From Amoebidium appalachense (Eukaryota > Protista > Ichthyosporea): a DNA stretch of 64,000 nt. Positions 61,007 to 64,000 of this stretch are shown here, piece by piece. The stretch is from positions 21,459,210 to 21,523,209 of the forward strand of contig CAVNZM010000001.1 of the NCBI GenBank assembly GCA_963693365.1, in the 5' to 3' direction. The notes beneath the pieces were generated by a model. That model worked only from the letters and a program-made list of their open reading frames with translations. It was not told the DNA's origin and searched no databases. The first letter of the stretch is position 1. Each line of letters begins with the position of its first letter. The translations under genes were made by a program, and so were the position numbers.

Positions 61007-64000
61007 TGTTATAATACGTAGTATTTACATATTGTAAGATCTTCTCAGTTTGTGTTATGTTTCAGTTCATATGCTTAGTGTAAATGCCACACTCCTATTA
61101 TGTAAAGTGTAGCATCGATCTCCGATATGCTTGTATACTTGTAATCGTGTTGTATCGGCTTTAATCGTGTATTGTAATATCGATTAGAATATTTATATGT
61201 GTGTACACGGATCCACCCACTCAGGGAGAGACGTGTACATGTTCGTGTGTACATAAATATCTCTGGTTATAGTTATGCTATTACTATCTTGTTTGTTGAT
61301 CTGTGCTCTCTTTTCCTTCCTCTTTCTCCTTCCTTATTTTCTTTTCTTTCTCTCCTTGTCTTCATGTGTATAATCGTATTTCTTTTCTACTAATATATGT
61401 TAGGTAGATTTGTGTTACTTAATACGTGTTCATTGGACGGTAACACACTTAGGCTACACTTAGAATAGCATGTGTGTTTAGACTTCATTAATTCACTTTA
61501 GTTTTCATGTGTTGCCGGGCTTTAACCAATCATCAAGGTTAAGTGTGATATGTCTGAGTCTTTGCAGTATGTCATAGGTTAGAACTTCCTTGATGATGAC
61601 ACGAGTTGATCTTAACTAGTGTCTGTGTCCTATCGTGTACGCCTCCGCGTACCGGATCTCTCTGAAAGCAATTGGTTCTTAATGATTGGTTTCTATTAGA
61701 GATGGATCTGATTTCCGACTGGTCGGAAATCATGTATGGATTGGACTTAGAGGAATTTCAGGTATTTATTCGAAGTTCAGAATAAATTCAGTTTAGTCGT
61801 GTCTAAACATTGATGTCTGTTGTGTACACTGCTCCGATCGTTCCGTGTTTTGTTGTTGTGTGTGTCTGTGGTGTTTTCACACTGCACCACTGTGTCTCTG
61901 CTTACATCCCAAATACTTATACAATTTAACAGGTTATGGGCCCAGATGCACGCTCCCTACACACACCTAGACCTAGCGATCGTTAAATTCCTGGTACACA
62001 TCATAGCTGTGGTCAGCTCCTCATGCATCTTGGTGCTGAGGCTGTGTACATCCATCCCCGGCGTCCGTCCGTAACCGGTCCCACGTGACTCCTCTTGACA
62101 AGATCTGACTCATCTTGACAAGAGCTTTTGTCACGACTTGACACCCGTGACATCCTCGCAAGTTCAAATTCCAGCTTGCACTCCTTCCAGCTCCGTCCTG
62201 GTTTCGTTCCGTCACGCCAAACCGTCCTCCACCCTTGGTTCTGCAATCGCGCTCCAAGTTCCTTGACACTTCACCGACGTGGTCTCAACCGCGCCGCCCT
62301 GTCTACCCAGGCCTGAGGATCCTGCATCGAAATCCCATTCCATCCGATTTCGGACCCCGTCGACCCGCATTCGAATATAATTTCACACCCCGTCTGCGTT
62401 CCAATCGACGATAATATGACACCCCGTCTCGATCCGACTTGACCATCATCCATCAAGTCCATCTGAAGTATCCAAATTCGGTACTTCTTTCCAGTCTACC
62501 GTGTTCCACCCCGTCCAAGCCCTTTGTGCTTCCCTCCTCCCTAGGAGTCCCGACCCTGAGTCCCTCCAGAACCGTTTACCGTGTCCAACCTGCTTCCTTC
62601 CAGGATTTCCAACCCTGTTTTCGGCCATGTCTCCCATTACCGTGCCGTCACTGTCAATGGCCCCCTCACATTCCATTGATCTGCCCTGCATTCCGGCAGC
62701 AGTTTCCCCCCATCACGTGGCCAACCTCGTCGAGATGCCAGCTACCACCAGCTCTGCACGGGCAACAGCTACCCCTGCAGCTGTTTCCCCCCATTACCAC
62801 CCGACCCCGGCCAGCAAGACACGTGCTGCCAGGTCCGGCCGTTCCCATCCACGTTTCTAGCCAGCCTACCGTGCTGCCTGCCCGCGTTTCCGAAACCCCT
62901 GCCCCCGACCCAGTTAGTACCAGTTAGTGGAATGATTACTACCTACTTTACCACCATCATTATATCATATGTATTGCCTTTGTGGGTATGCCCACTTAGG
63001 GTTTATATATAAGGTTTGACCTGTACCATGACTCTACTCTATCTTTCACTGGTTTAAAACCCAGTTACTCAAACACCGCCTATACACGTTATATATATTC
63101 GTTGTTTTTGCCCCGGTTCCTTCCCCCCCTCCCCCCCCCCCCTTCCCCCCCCTTCCCCCCCCTTCCCCCCCTCCCCCCCCCCCCCTTCTCCCCCCCCCCC
63201 CCCCCCCGGGAAAAGTACACACTTTAATTTTTTTTTTCCGTTTCTGTTCTCAAGTGGGGAGATTTCACTAGTTCAGTGGGGATATGATAACACAAACTTC
63301 AAAGTCTTAAGTGGGGATGTTATAATACGTAGTATTTACATATTGTAAGATCTTCTCAGTTTGTGTTATGTTTCAGTTCATATGCTTAGTGTAAATGCCA
63401 CACTCCTATTATGTAAAGTGTAGCATCGATCTCCGATATGCTTGTATACTTGTAATCGTGTTGTATCGGCTTTAATCGTGTATTGTAATATCGATTAGAA
63501 TATTTATATGTGTGTACACGGATCCACCCACTCAGGGAGAGACGTGTACATGTTCGTGTGTACATAAATATCTCTGGTTATAGTTATGCTATTACTATCT
63601 TGTTTGTTGATCTGTGCTCTCTTTTCCTTCCTCTTTCTCCTTCCTTATTTTCTTTTCTTTCTCTCCTTGTCTTCATGTGTATAATCGTATTTCTTTTCTA
63701 CTAATATATGTTAGGTAGATTTGTGTTACTTAATACGTGTTCATTGGACGGTAACACACTTAGGCTACACTTAGAATAGCATGTGTGTTTAGACTTCATT
63801 AATTCACTTTAGTTTTCATGTGTTGCCGGGCTTTAACCAATCATCAAGGTTAAGTGTGATATGTCTGAGTCTTTGCAGTATGTCATAGGTTAGAACTTCC
63901 TTGATGATGACACGAGTTGATCTTAACTAGTGTCTGTGTCCTATCGTGTACGCCTCCGCGTACCGGATCTCTCTGAAAGCAATTGGTTCTTAATGATTGG
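61007..64000 (+). mobile_element. Non-autonomous Copia derivative (5' LTR 61007-61931, ~1.39-kb non-coding interior, 3' LTR from 63318 to the window end)
   Basis: Two LTRs with no differences noticed over the visible part; PBS GGTTATGGGCCCAG; same PPT and ~370-bp 3' internal region as the autonomous Copia; no retroviral ORF. Confidence 0.9.

Overview
Eukaryotic, intron-rich, almost entirely transposon-derived window with long G/C homopolymers and microsatellites. The dominant structure is a nested pair of one giant DNA-transposon family. Copy A (5499-47066; 14-bp TIR CATCAGCAATCTCC; 2-bp TSD GA; about 18.8 kb without its insert) encodes a spliced Plavaka/CMC-type transposase on the minus strand and, divergently, a spliced KDM4-like JmjC demethylase gene. 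It also carries 358-bp, 188-bp and ~120-bp tandem arrays. Copy B (21363-44089; TSD GC) is an internally deleted copy inserted into an exon of A's JmjC gene. B contains two intact APE-RT LINEs of different families and a 6-kb foreign insert with a 183-bp satellite. A third, 5'-truncated LINE lies at 48481-52217. All three LINEs lack a terminal poly(A), end in GTAAACC(C) and abut CCAT. The flanks hold a spliced DUF7869-like putative transposase, an orphan 307-aa ORF, a 2OG-Fe(II) oxygenase gene truncated by a Copia element with non-matching TSDs, a DIRS-gag-like fragment and a non-autonomous Copia derivative. Family assignments are from motif recognition by eye, not from database searches.
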